Positions 1-8,994 of a stretch of 64,000 bases of DNA are shown piece by piece. Below the pieces are notes generated by a model that saw only the letters and a program-made list of their open reading frames with translations, was not told the DNA's origin and searched no databases. Position 1 is the stretch's first letter; each line of letters begins with the position of its first letter. The DNA comes from an uncultured Fibrobacterota bacterium (lineage in GTDB: Bacteria > Fibrobacterota > Chitinivibrionia > Chitinivibrionales > FEN-1185), in the NCBI GenBank assembly GCA_963753345.1, contig CAVWBU010000024.1:192001-256000 (forward strand), given 5' to 3'. The position numbers and the translations under genes are program-made.

Positions 1-1
1 G

Positions 2-487
2 GACAAAGGCAAATTCGTTTCCACGCTCAGGCTGTTCGACGCGCTCGACAGGGAGAGCGCCGCCACGGTTAGAGCGCGCCTGTACCTAATGCGCGCGCTG
101 AAGGGGCTGGGCAACAAAGGGGCGCTCGCGGCATTCTTCATGAGGCCCGACATTCCCGACAAGGAATACTTTGTCGCCAAGGCCCAGTACCTTGCGTCCC
201 TCAAACGGTACATCGAAGCGATTGACATGTGCGAAACAGGCAGGCAGTCGCCGGCCTGCATCGGCGTGGCCGATTCCCTCGATCGGATGGCGTCGTATCT
301 CAAGGCGTCCTGCCTCACGAGCCTGTTCGTGGCATCATCGACTGAGGCGAACAGAAAGCGCGCCCTGGAAAGCTGGAACGAACTCAAGGCCCTTATGCGC
401 ACCAGGCAGGACGACCCGTACTACGGTCTTGCGGAAAAGAACATCCGCCTGCTCTCCGACCGGCCGAGCGGGGCGGCCCGTGAATAG
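2..487 (+). CDS. Hypothetical helical (TPR-like) protein, 5' end outside the window
   Basis: The frame of ORF 89..487 is open back to position 2 with host-like codon usage. The sequence has an amphipathic helical pattern (YFVAKAQYLASLKRYIEAIDMC). Confidence 0.6.
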   Translation, partial: DKGKFVSTLRLFDALDRESAATVRARLYLMRALKGLGNKGALAAFFMRPDIPDKEYFVAKAQYLASLKRYIEAIDMCETGRQSPACIGVADSLDRMASYLKASCLTSLFVASSTEANRKRALESWNELKALMRTRQDDPYYGLAEKNIRLLSDRPSGAARE

Positions 488-488
488 G

Positions 489-980
489 ATGCCACAGCAT
501 GCGCGCGCCGCGGCCGCGCTGCTTGCGTGTTGCGCGCTGCACGCATTCCCCGACGCCATCGTTATCAGCGGCAACGGCCCCGACTTCCCCCTTGACGTGG
601 ACAGCGTTTCCTTTGTCGCCTGGCACGACTCCGGCAAAACGGCCGATTCGCTGGTGAAGCCGCTTCCCGCCTCGCTGTACGCCGAAGTGCGGGACAACAT
701 CGACTCGGTGTACAATTACGCCTCCGCGCTCTCGCTGCGCAGAAAGGAACTTTCCGGCTGCCCGCATGGACGGCCCTACAACGCGCGCCTTTCGTTCTTC
801 ACCATGGGAACGCCGTCGCTCAGGATCCTGTTTTCGTGCGGGAACTACGCAAGCGCCAAGCTGCTCACCGCGACCGACCGGTATCCGTTCGTGGTAAAGT
901 TTACAAAGGGGTTTGCGGAGAAATTGAGGAAGATTGCGCGGGGCAAGCAAGGACGGCTGAGTGAGGTCCCGATAAAGTAG
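489..980 (+). CDS. Hypothetical exported protein
   Basis: The ATG at 489 directly follows the upstream stop. The N-terminus MPQHARAAAALLACCALHAFP resembles a signal peptide. Confidence 0.55.
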   Translation: MPQHARAAAALLACCALHAFPDAIVISGNGPDFPLDVDSVSFVAWHDSGKTADSLVKPLPASLYAEVRDNIDSVYNYASALSLRRKELSGCPHGRPYNARLSFFTMGTPSLRILFSCGNYASAKLLTATDRYPFVVKFTKGFAEKLRKIARGKQGRLSEVPIK

Positions 981-1020
981 CCGGATATTTCTTGCGAAAA
1001 AGAGACTTCTCTTCTGAAAT

Positions 1021-1060
1021 AACCTCACCCCCGGCCCCTCTCCGCCCGGAGAGGGGAGAA
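1021..1060. repeat. Left palindromic (REP-like) inverted repeat flanking the DUF559 gene
   Basis: AACCTCACCCC-CGG-CCCCTCTCC-GCCC-GGAGAGGGG contains an internal 9-bp hairpin and is near-identical to the reverse complement of 1448-1487. Confidence 0.85.
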
Positions 1061-1069
1061 TGGACTGCT

Positions 1070-1483
1070 ATGAAACAAAATATGACAAGTGGTGTGGTGG
1101 CGCTGCAATATGTGGATGATTACAAGAAACGACAGTGCCGCGCTTTACGGCAGGAATCAACCAAAACGGAGAAATTATTCTGGCGTGCAGTCCGAAACAG
1201 GAAAATAGAGGGACTTAAATTCCGGCGTCAACAAGTGATCGAAGGTTTTGTTGTTGATTTCTATTGTGAGGAATTGAGGCTGATCGTTGAGTTGGATGGA
1301 TGCGTACACGATGAAATCGAACAGCAAAAAATGGACGAACAACGAAAAAGAGTATTTGAAAGACGCGGTCTGACTGAAATCCGGTTCTCCAACGATGAAA
1401 TCATGAATAACATGCCGAAGGTGCTTCAAAAAATAGGTGCCCGAAAATTCCCCTCTCCGGGCGGAGAGGGGATACAGGGGTGA
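1070..1483 (+). CDS. DUF559 family (Vsr-like) endonuclease domain protein
   Basis: Typical motifs: LRQEST.TEK.FW..VRNR, GLKFRRQQVI.GFVVDFYC, LIVELDG..H, D..R...L.EIRFSNDEI. GC content is lower than the flanks. Confidence 0.9.
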   Translation: MKQNMTSGVVALQYVDDYKKRQCRALRQESTKTEKLFWRAVRNRKIEGLKFRRQQVIEGFVVDFYCEELRLIVELDGCVHDEIEQQKMDEQRKRVFERRGLTEIRFSNDEIMNNMPKVLQKIGARKFPSPGGEGIQG

Positions 1484-1487
1484 GGTT
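1448..1487. repeat. Right palindromic (REP-like) inverted repeat flanking the DUF559 gene
   Basis: TT-CCCCTCTCC-GGGC-GGAGAGGGG-ATACA-GGGGTGAGGTT. It contains the TGA stop of the DUF559 gene. Confidence 0.85.
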
Positions 1488-1552
1488 CCCTCGGATGTGG
1501 AAGGCGGATGGCATTTTGATCATTTGGTAAAAGCGCGCACAAGCTGCGGCCC

Positions 1553-2581
1553 CTATTTCTTCCTACTCTTATGCGTCAACTTTACCTCCCGCCACGCTCC
1601 GATGCGCTTGTCTTTCACGAGCTTGAGGTGCGGCGTCTCCCCGGCGTCGAATATCATAAGCTCCTTGTCGGTGATCACCGTGCGTCCGCGCAGCGTCACG
1701 CCCATTCTGTTGATCGCCCGGTACTGCGTCACGAGGTGCTCGCGCATGCGCTCGAAGTCGTCGTGCTGCTCGCTGAAGGAGAAGAACAGCGTGGCGATCC
1801 CGGCCTCCCGGAGGCGCCGGTAGAGTTTGAGGGGGAACTGCTTGATCTGGCGCCGCCGCTCGAAACCGCGCTTCTGGTAGATGGAATTCCTGTCGGTAAA
1901 TAGTAAATAACAGAAGTGGGCGTCGGGAAACAGGGTGGCGAGCGGTCCGAACAGGTTGCGCAGGAGATCGTCGGCGTTCACCGTGAGTTTCTCAAGCTTG
2001 CTTTCCAGCACCAGAATGTTGCGCTGGCGGAAGTAGCGGTAGTCGAACAGGCCGTCGAGCTCCTTGATGTTCTCATAGCCGAACTTGCCCCTGCCGGTCT
2101 TCTTGAGGATCACAAGGTTGGGATATTTTCGTATTTTAAGGATATACTGCTGGGTGTTGGTGATGATGAAATCGTCGCGTTCTTTGGGATTGAAGCGCCG
2201 GTCGAAGATACCGCCGGTCTTGCCGAGCGGGTTAACGTGCTTAAGCCAGTATTTGGTGACGCGTCGCGCAATGCGCTCGGCGATGTCGCCCACGATATTG
2301 CCCCACGCGGCATTGTCAAACGCGTACGGCGCGGCCAGAAGATCGCCCACGGTGTACAGCGGATAGCTGATGCTTTCGATCCGGTACTCGATGATGACTT
2401 TGTCAAGGTTGCCGCGGCCTTCGTTGATTTCGTCGTTGGGGTTGTGCAGGCGGTATGTTCCACGAACGCCGTGGTCGCGCCGCAGGGAATGGATGACCTC
2501 GCCGTCCGCCGCTCCGGAAGGGTTCCAGGCGGCCGGCTCAAAACCGGCGAACAGGGAATAGGGATCGTAGGGTGCGGTCAT
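1553..2581 (-). CDS. Hypothetical protein, possible PD-(D/E)XK nuclease fold
   Basis: 342-aa ORF with host codon usage. The motif order GDIAE ... ELDGL ... LESK matches E...D...ExK. Confidence 0.6.
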   Translation of the reverse strand: MTAPYDPYSLFAGFEPAAWNPSGAADGEVIHSLRRDHGVRGTYRLHNPNDEINEGRGNLDKVIIEYRIESISYPLYTVGDLLAAPYAFDNAAWGNIVGDIAERIARRVTKYWLKHVNPLGKTGGIFDRRFNPKERDDFIITNTQQYILKIRKYPNLVILKKTGRGKFGYENIKELDGLFDYRYFRQRNILVLESKLEKLTVNADDLLRNLFGPLATLFPDAHFCYLLFTDRNSIYQKRGFERRRQIKQFPLKLYRRLREAGIATLFFSFSEQHDDFERMREHLVTQYRAINRMGVTLRGRTVITDKELMIFDAGETPHLKLVKDKRIGAWREVKLTHKSRKK

Positions 2582-2784
2582 GGTCTTTTTACGCGCCGGT
2601 AAATTTACCGGCGGTTGTCAATGTTCACGCTCGCCATTTGTGTAATGAAATACTGCATGGGACGCGCCCGCCGCAACGATTTGCGCCGGGCGTGCCCGGC
2701 GCTTGCGATGGCGCGCCGTTTGGATGCATATTTACAGAGTGAAATCCGCCCGACGCGCGGCTGCGGAGAAGGCGCAGGCATCCC

Positions 2785-3546
2785 ATGACCTACGACAGAG
2801 AACTCAAAACGGCAATGGACGCGGCGAGGGCCGCCGGTAAAATCCACCTTGCCTATCGAGGACGCGTTATGGCCGTGGAAACCAAAGCCGACGCGTCGCC
2901 CGTCACCGAGGTCGACCGGAAATGCGAGACCGTGATCCGCGACATGCTGTTGCGCCGGTTTCCCGCAGACGGTTTTCTGGGCGAGGAGACCGGACGCGAA
3001 CCGGGAAGGAGCGGCAGAACGTGGATCGTGGACCCGCTCGACGGCACGCGGCCGTTTCTCCGCGGCATCCCGACCCACAGTGTTCTTATCGCCCTTGAGG
3101 ATGAAGACAAACTCGCGGTCGGCTGCATGCACCTTCCCGCGCTCGGCGAAACCTACTGGGCGCAGAGGGGCCGCGGCGCGTACCTGAATGCAAGGCGCAT
3201 CCGCGTTTCGAAGACCCGCAAACTTTCCAGGGTGATGGGCAGCGGCCTCGGATTTTTGGAGCATTCCACGGAGCGCAAGGGAAAGCGGCTTCTTTCCCTC
3301 ATGAAAACGTGGGACTACGCCTACGGGTTCATGGACGCGTATTCGTACGGCGGCGTTGCGTGCGGTCGGCTTGACGTGTGCGTTAACCTTCTCGACAAAC
3401 CATGGGACTGCGCCGCGGCCGCGTGCATCGTTGCGGAAGCGGGCGGCGCATTTTCTGATGTCAATGGACGCCGGTCGGTGCACAACGGCTCGGTGATTCT
3501 TTCCAACGGCTTTGTCCACGATGCTGTTTTAGAGTATTTTGAGTAA
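2785..3546 (+). CDS. Inositol monophosphatase family protein (histidinol-phosphatase-like)
   Basis: Motifs SPVTEVD, FLGEE, WIVDPLDGT and PWDCAAA. Confidence 0.9.
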   Translation: MTYDRELKTAMDAARAAGKIHLAYRGRVMAVETKADASPVTEVDRKCETVIRDMLLRRFPADGFLGEETGREPGRSGRTWIVDPLDGTRPFLRGIPTHSVLIALEDEDKLAVGCMHLPALGETYWAQRGRGAYLNARRIRVSKTRKLSRVMGSGLGFLEHSTERKGKRLLSLMKTWDYAYGFMDAYSYGGVACGRLDVCVNLLDKPWDCAAAACIVAEAGGAFSDVNGRRSVHNGSVILSNGFVHDAVLEYFE

Positions 3547-3603
3547 TCGCTTTGGCTTTTGATACTGGCGTTCGCTGCTCTGGCGGACCATGCAGGAGTT
3601 TTC

Positions 3604-4656
3604 GTGGGCACAAAATCGGACGAAAAACAGGACGAGGGACCGGGGCAGTCGCAGCGGCGATCCGAGAAAGCGGGCATCACCCACTTCACCAAGGACATGG
3701 TTTCCGCGCTGGCCATGGCGCTCGTGGCAATCGTCTACATCATTCAGGCGTTCAAAATACCGAGCGGGTCCATGGAAGACAGCCTCCTGGTGGGCGACTT
3801 CCTTCTCGGCCTCAAGTTCATCTACGGCGCGCCGGTGCTGCCCTTTTCATACACCAAGTTTCCCGGCCTTGCCGACCCCAAGCCCGGCGACGTCATCATC
3901 TTCAAGTATCCCGGCACCGACAGGAAGGACTACATCAAGCGCTGCATCGCGGGCCCGGGCGACATTGTCAAGGTCGACACCACGCGGGTCACGGTCAACG
4001 GCATGCCGTTCGCGCTTCCGCCCAAGGGGAAATTCATCCTTGGCGGCCGTGTGTTCGATTCATGCATCACCGACTTCGCGCCGCTGAGAGTGCCGAAGAA
4101 GGGCGACACCCTGCGGCTGGACGCCGACGTTCCCGGCCGTGAATTCCTGTACTACAAACACCTTGTCCATCAGGAAAATCCGCACGCGGTTGTTTCGGTG
4201 AAATATCAGCTTTACATCAACGGCGAATTCGCCAACAGCGAACGGGTGGTGGTCAGCTATTGGGGAGGCGCGTTCGGCGATATCGATTTCAACCGGATGG
4301 ACAACTGGGTGGAGATCGACAGGATACTACGGCAGGTGCCGGGACAATTCCCCGGCAAAACGGTTGAAATCAGGAAGCTCTTATACCTCAACAACAGTCT
4401 CGTAAAGCAATACGTCATCAAGAACGACAACTACTTTATGATGGGCGACAACCGCGACAATTCCACCGATTCCCGCTACTGGGGATTCCTCAACCGCAAC
4501 TTCGTGAAGGCAAAGGCCTTTATCCTCTATTTTTCCTGGGACAGCCGCCTGCCGCTGTGGGACCTGCCCGCAAAGATACGCTGGAACCGCATCGGAAAAC
4601 TCATCCGCACCTGGGACGGCCGCGCGCTGCGCGCGCAGCACGCTGCGGTGCAGTAA
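3604..4656 (+). CDS. lepB: Signal peptidase I
   Basis: IPSGSM (catalytic Ser), YIKRC (catalytic Lys) and GDNRDNSTDSRYWG. GTG start at 3604 follows an AGGAG ribosome-binding site. Confidence 0.95.
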   Translation: MGTKSDEKQDEGPGQSQRRSEKAGITHFTKDMVSALAMALVAIVYIIQAFKIPSGSMEDSLLVGDFLLGLKFIYGAPVLPFSYTKFPGLADPKPGDVIIFKYPGTDRKDYIKRCIAGPGDIVKVDTTRVTVNGMPFALPPKGKFILGGRVFDSCITDFAPLRVPKKGDTLRLDADVPGREFLYYKHLVHQENPHAVVSVKYQLYINGEFANSERVVVSYWGGAFGDIDFNRMDNWVEIDRILRQVPGQFPGKTVEIRKLLYLNNSLVKQYVIKNDNYFMMGDNRDNSTDSRYWGFLNRNFVKAKAFILYFSWDSRLPLWDLPAKIRWNRIGKLIRTWDGRALRAQHAAVQ

Positions 4657-4688
4657 GCGTTCCGCACGCTTTCCTCAGTTCTCTTAAG

Positions 4689-5630
4689 TCAATTTCTCCG
4701 GAGTTCGCCGCGCCAGTATTCGAGAAGGTCGCCAAGGGTTGTGGCAAAGGGGATTTCCGGCTCCCACGAGGTTTCGGCGCGCAGCCTGGCGTTGTCGCCG
4801 GCGAGCCTGAGGGAGGTCTTTACTTCCCGGAGCTTGGTCGGTTCCTCGACCACGGTCAGGGACGCTGTGGACATCCCCACCAGAGCGGCGAGAACGTCGG
4901 CCAGCCTGCGCGTGACGCCCGAACACACGTTGTACACCCGTCCGCGCCCGCCATTGTCCATGATGAGCCGGTAGGCGTTCACCACGTCGCGCACGTCCGA
5001 AAAGTCAATTTCAACCTCGCAGTCGCCCACGCGGATCTCCTGCGGCGCAAGCCCGGCCTCGGCCTGCGCGATCTGCCTGGCCCAGTCGGAACAGACGAAC
5101 AGGGGGGACTGTCCCGGTCCGGTGTGGTTGAACGAGCGGGTGAAGCGGATGTCAAGCCCGTACTGGCGGCAGTATTGAAGCCCGACAAGTTCCGTTGCAT
5201 ACTTGGAAATGCCGTAGAAATTCGAGGGGTTCGGCAGCGCGTCCTCGGACACAAGGCCTTCGGCGGTGATGTCGTATTCCTTTGCCGATCCGACCAGCAG
5301 CAGTTTTGCCTGCGGGGAGAACCGTTTCATTGCGTCGATGACGGAAATGGTTCCGACGATGTTGATCGCAAGCGCGCTGCGCGGCGTGCGGTCCGCTTCC
5401 GCCGGGAAGCTCACGCCGGCAAGGTGGTAGATTTCCTGGGGTTCATGGCGGGAGAGTGACTGGGCGACCATATCGCTGTCGGTGATATCGACGAAATCGT
5501 AGGCAACACCCTCGAGCAGGCACGTCTGCTCGATACCCATGCCTGTAACGCGCCGGCCGTTCCTTGACAGCAAGCCGGCAAGGTGCTGGCCCGCAAAACC
5601 GTTTATCCCGGTGATGAGCGCGGTGATCAT
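4689..5630 (-). CDS. GDP-mannose 4,6-dehydratase / GDP-4-keto-6-deoxymannose reductase family extended SDR
   Basis: Motifs ALITGINGFAG, IYHLAG, YGISK (YxxxK), FNHTGPGQ and DFSDVRDVV. Confidence 0.9.
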   Translation of the reverse strand: MITALITGINGFAGQHLAGLLSRNGRRVTGMGIEQTCLLEGVAYDFVDITDSDMVAQSLSRHEPQEIYHLAGVSFPAEADRTPRSALAINIVGTISVIDAMKRFSPQAKLLLVGSAKEYDITAEGLVSEDALPNPSNFYGISKYATELVGLQYCRQYGLDIRFTRSFNHTGPGQSPLFVCSDWARQIAQAEAGLAPQEIRVGDCEVEIDFSDVRDVVNAYRLIMDNGGRGRVYNVCSGVTRRLADVLAALVGMSTASLTVVEEPTKLREVKTSLRLAGDNARLRAETSWEPEIPFATTLGDLLEYWRGELRRN

Positions 5631-5664
5631 TGATTGGTGTTTTTCCTGTCCTTATTAAAAATAG

Positions 5665-8664
5665 TTACCGTGCATGGAATTCATGAAATTTTCGATATAC
5701 CTCTTTGAGAAGATTTTCGCCTACCAGGGTCTTGAAATCCTTGTCATTCATGTACTTCGCGGTGATCTCCTCATTGCTTTCCATGCGGTCGATGAACAGC
5801 CCTTCAAGCGCCTTTACAAAAACATATCCGAAATTTTCCATGGTATTTGCCAAGGCAGCCTGCCGTAAGGCAGGATCAGCCAAGGCATCCTCCTTGATCG
5901 AATCGAAAAAGAGCTGGTCGGAAGGCTTGAACTCGGTCCCAAACCGTTCATTCAGAATGTCGATAAGTTTTGAAAGCTCGATTTTCGGTTCACGCACGAT
6001 ATGAGTGCCAACCTCGGACGGTCCGCTCACCGGATACGGTTTCCCGCTTTCAAGAACAATTGAACCCTCGGAAATCTTTTGGAGCCGGTAATATTTGAGC
6101 GACACTTCATCGTCGAACGAATAGGATATTCCCGAGGAACGTCTTGGTAATTTGACAAGAAGGAAGCGAACAAATGCGTAGAACTTTTCGAGGTCTACAT
6201 CTTGAAACGGAATGATCTGCGAAAGGAAGGAATAGAGATTACGAAAAGCAGACAGAACCTTTCGGAAATTCTCCCGTTCCTCTTCTTCGAGTGCCTTAAA
6301 CCGGCCAACCGCCGGATCGATGGCCGCATTGATGCGGGCGTGGTCGGTGGGCGTCTGGTTCGCCGTGGGCTTAAAGAACGCCTCTGCAAAGGCCTCCACC
6401 TCGGCCTTGTAGTACACCTGCGCCGAATCAAGACGGGCTTGGAGTTCATAAAGATGGCGTGCTTCGACCCGCTCCCCCACTTCAGTTTGTTCATAGTAGG
6501 GCTGAAATGCCTCTACTATTTCTTCCCTATCATTTACAAAATCGAGCACAAAGGTTTCTTCCTTGCCCGGATGAGTGCGATTCAAGCGAGAAAGGGTCTG
6601 AACAGCTTGAATGCCGGAAAGCCGTTTGTCCACGTACATGGTATGAAGGAGCGGCTGGTCAAAGCCGGTTTGGTACTTCTCCGCGACAAGAAGCACCTGG
6701 TACTCGTCGGTTCCGAATTTCTCAGGAAGTTCTTTTTCTTTGATACTCTTATTCATGGCTGGTTCCGTATATGACGCATCCGCGTTTTCATGGTCAATGA
6801 CGGTTCCCGAAAATGCGACAAGTGTCTTGATACCGGCATATCCCTTCTCCGCGATATACTTGTCAAAAGCAATCTTGTACCTGACGGCATGAAGGCGTGA
6901 CGAGGTCACGACCATGGCCTTTGCTCTTCCGCCAATGCGCTGTTTGACGAAGGTTCTGAAGTGCTCGACCATCACCTCTGTCTTCTGGGCGATATTGTGG
7001 GGATGCAGCGACATAAACCTCGCCAGCGCTTTGGCGGCCTTTTTCTTGTCCACCTGCGGATCGTCGGCTATGGATTTGATAAGGCGGTAATAGGTAGTGT
7101 ATGTGACATAGTTCTCCAGGACATCGAGTATGAATTTTTCCTGGATAGCCTGACGCATGCTGTAAAGATGAAAAGGCTCCGGTTTACCGTCTTTTCCGAC
7201 AATGCCGAACATTTCCAGCGTCTTGTATTTCGGGGTGGCCGTAAAGGCGAAGAAACTGATATTCGGCTGGCGGCCGCGGCGGGCAAGGGTCTTGAGAATT
7301 TCCTCTTCGAAATCGGGCAGGCTGCGTTCCTCCGCCTGCTCTGCCGCGGCATCCCCGGCTTCGCGGCCTGCAAGAACGCCCCGCATTTCAGCAGCGCCTT
7401 CCCCGCTCTGCGAGCTGTGCGCTTCGTCGATAATGACCGCATATTTGCGCGACGGCAGGTCGCCGATTTTGTCCGTAACAAAGGGGAATTTCTGTAATGT
7501 GGTAATAACGATTGGAACGGCAGATGAAAGCGCCGCGGCAAGTTGGTTCGAGCTTTCGTCAATTTTCTGCACCACACCCTGCTTATGTTCAAATTGGTAA
7601 ACGGTGTTCTGCAATTGCTGGTCGAGCACCAGGCGATCCGTAATGACAATGACGGAATCAAAAACCTTTTCGTCCTTTGCACTATAGAGGCTCGAAAGCC
7701 GGTGCGCCAACCACGCAATGGAATTGCTTTTCCCGCTTCCTGCCGAATGTTGCACCAGATAATTATTGCCAACGCCGTTTGTGCGTGCGTGCGCTATCAT
7801 CTTCCGCACGGAATCGAGTTGATGGTAACGGGGGAAAATCATGGTCTCTTTCTTGAGTTTCTGCCCGCCGAATATTTTTTCCTCGATTTGCAAATGCAGG
7901 AAGCGTGCAAATATGTCAAGAAAACTGTCCCGCTGCCATACCTCTTCCCACAAATACGCCGTCTTGTACCCGTTTGGATTATCCGGATTGCCTGCCGCCG
8001 TGCCGTTGCCCTTGTTGAAAGGCAGGAAATAGGTGTTCTGCCCTGCAAGCTTCGTAGTCATGTACACTTCATCCGGATCGACGGCAAAATGAACAAGGCT
8101 ACGTTTGCGAAATTGGAAAAAGAGGTCTTTAGGATCGCGGTCGTTTTTATACTGGTGAATGGCATTTCGCCAGGTCTGACCGGTTAGTGGGTTCTTGAGT
8201 TCCGCCGATACTACAGGAATGCCGTTGATGTTGAGTACAAGGTCAATTTCGTTCTTATGGTTTTGGCTGTAACGAAGCTGCCGCGTTACGGTGAGGCGGT
8301 TGGAGTCGTAGAGGCGTTTGATTTCCGGGTTCATTCCGCTTGCGGGCGCAAAATAAGCAACCCTGAAGAGCTTCCCGAAGCACTTGAATCCGTGGCGGAG
8401 AACTTTTAGACACCCCTCACTTTCCGAGTCAAGCGCCTTGCAAAGGTCGTCGAGAAGCGTGGCCTCGGCTTTGCCTTTCTGAAGACCTTCGAGATAATCC
8501 CAGGTGTCCGGCTGAGTTTTTTTGACAAACGGGATAAGCACCGTAGGATCGAGACAGCGTGCCGGGTCGAACGATACCGGATCGCCCCTGGAGAAGTCCC
8601 CTGTGGTGAGAAGGCAATGCTCGATTGCCGTTTCAAAGGCTTTTTCTGAATGGTCGGTGGGCAT
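5665..8664 (-). CDS. hsdR: Type I restriction endonuclease subunit R
   Basis: Nuclease motif DLVL...ELK, Walker A HSAGSGKS, DEAH box, FTATP, TGFDQP and QTLSRLNR. Confidence 0.97.
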   Translation of the reverse strand: MPTDHSEKAFETAIEHCLLTTGDFSRGDPVSFDPARCLDPTVLIPFVKKTQPDTWDYLEGLQKGKAEATLLDDLCKALDSESEGCLKVLRHGFKCFGKLFRVAYFAPASGMNPEIKRLYDSNRLTVTRQLRYSQNHKNEIDLVLNINGIPVVSAELKNPLTGQTWRNAIHQYKNDRDPKDLFFQFRKRSLVHFAVDPDEVYMTTKLAGQNTYFLPFNKGNGTAAGNPDNPNGYKTAYLWEEVWQRDSFLDIFARFLHLQIEEKIFGGQKLKKETMIFPRYHQLDSVRKMIAHARTNGVGNNYLVQHSAGSGKSNSIAWLAHRLSSLYSAKDEKVFDSVIVITDRLVLDQQLQNTVYQFEHKQGVVQKIDESSNQLAAALSSAVPIVITTLQKFPFVTDKIGDLPSRKYAVIIDEAHSSQSGEGAAEMRGVLAGREAGDAAAEQAEERSLPDFEEEILKTLARRGRQPNISFFAFTATPKYKTLEMFGIVGKDGKPEPFHLYSMRQAIQEKFILDVLENYVTYTTYYRLIKSIADDPQVDKKKAAKALARFMSLHPHNIAQKTEVMVEHFRTFVKQRIGGRAKAMVVTSSRLHAVRYKIAFDKYIAEKGYAGIKTLVAFSGTVIDHENADASYTEPAMNKSIKEKELPEKFGTDEYQVLLVAEKYQTGFDQPLLHTMYVDKRLSGIQAVQTLSRLNRTHPGKEETFVLDFVNDREEIVEAFQPYYEQTEVGERVEARHLYELQARLDSAQVYYKAEVEAFAEAFFKPTANQTPTDHARINAAIDPAVGRFKALEEEERENFRKVLSAFRNLYSFLSQIIPFQDVDLEKFYAFVRFLLVKLPRRSSGISYSFDDEVSLKYYRLQKISEGSIVLESGKPYPVSGPSEVGTHIVREPKIELSKLIDILNERFGTEFKPSDQLFFDSIKEDALADPALRQAALANTMENFGYVFVKALEGLFIDRMESNEEITAKYMNDKDFKTLVGENLLKEVYRKFHEFHAR

Positions 8665-8667
8665 TTC

Positions 8668-8862
8668 TTATCTTTCGAAATTGTCTATTGCTATTACTTC
8701 CGTATTGCTACTACGCTTCTTTCTGAATGCGGAAGTAGCAAATCGTATCTCGCATTGATTCAATCCATTATATGATTTTACGGCTGCGTTTACTGCTAAT
8801 TCAATCTCTTTTTTATTGCTATTGTTCTTCCATTGTTGACTTATGTTGTCTTTTGTGTTATC
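8668..8862 (-). pseudogene. Start-less 64-codon AT-rich gene remnant abutting the hsdR start
   Basis: Open frame DNTKDNISQQW...IAIDNFER* whose TAA lies 3 nt before the hsdR ATG. It is preceded by in-frame stops and has no start codon at its 5' end. Confidence 0.4.
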
Positions 8863-8955
8863 TTATTATTGCAGGCAAGCGCAGGATTGTAGAGGTCGCC
8901 GGACAACGGCGGCAGCCCGTTTCGGGTGGGATCCTCGAACCTGGGGCCTGTTAAG

Positions 8956-8989
8956 AAGCGAACTTCTCAATATGAGAGTTCGCTTTTTT
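8956..8989. terminator. Intrinsic terminator-like hairpin downstream of the ATPase gene
   Basis: AAGCGAAC(T)TCTCA-ATA-TGAGAGTTCGCTT with a T run on the + strand and TTCTT on the - strand. Confidence 0.55.
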
Positions 8990-8994
8990 CATTG

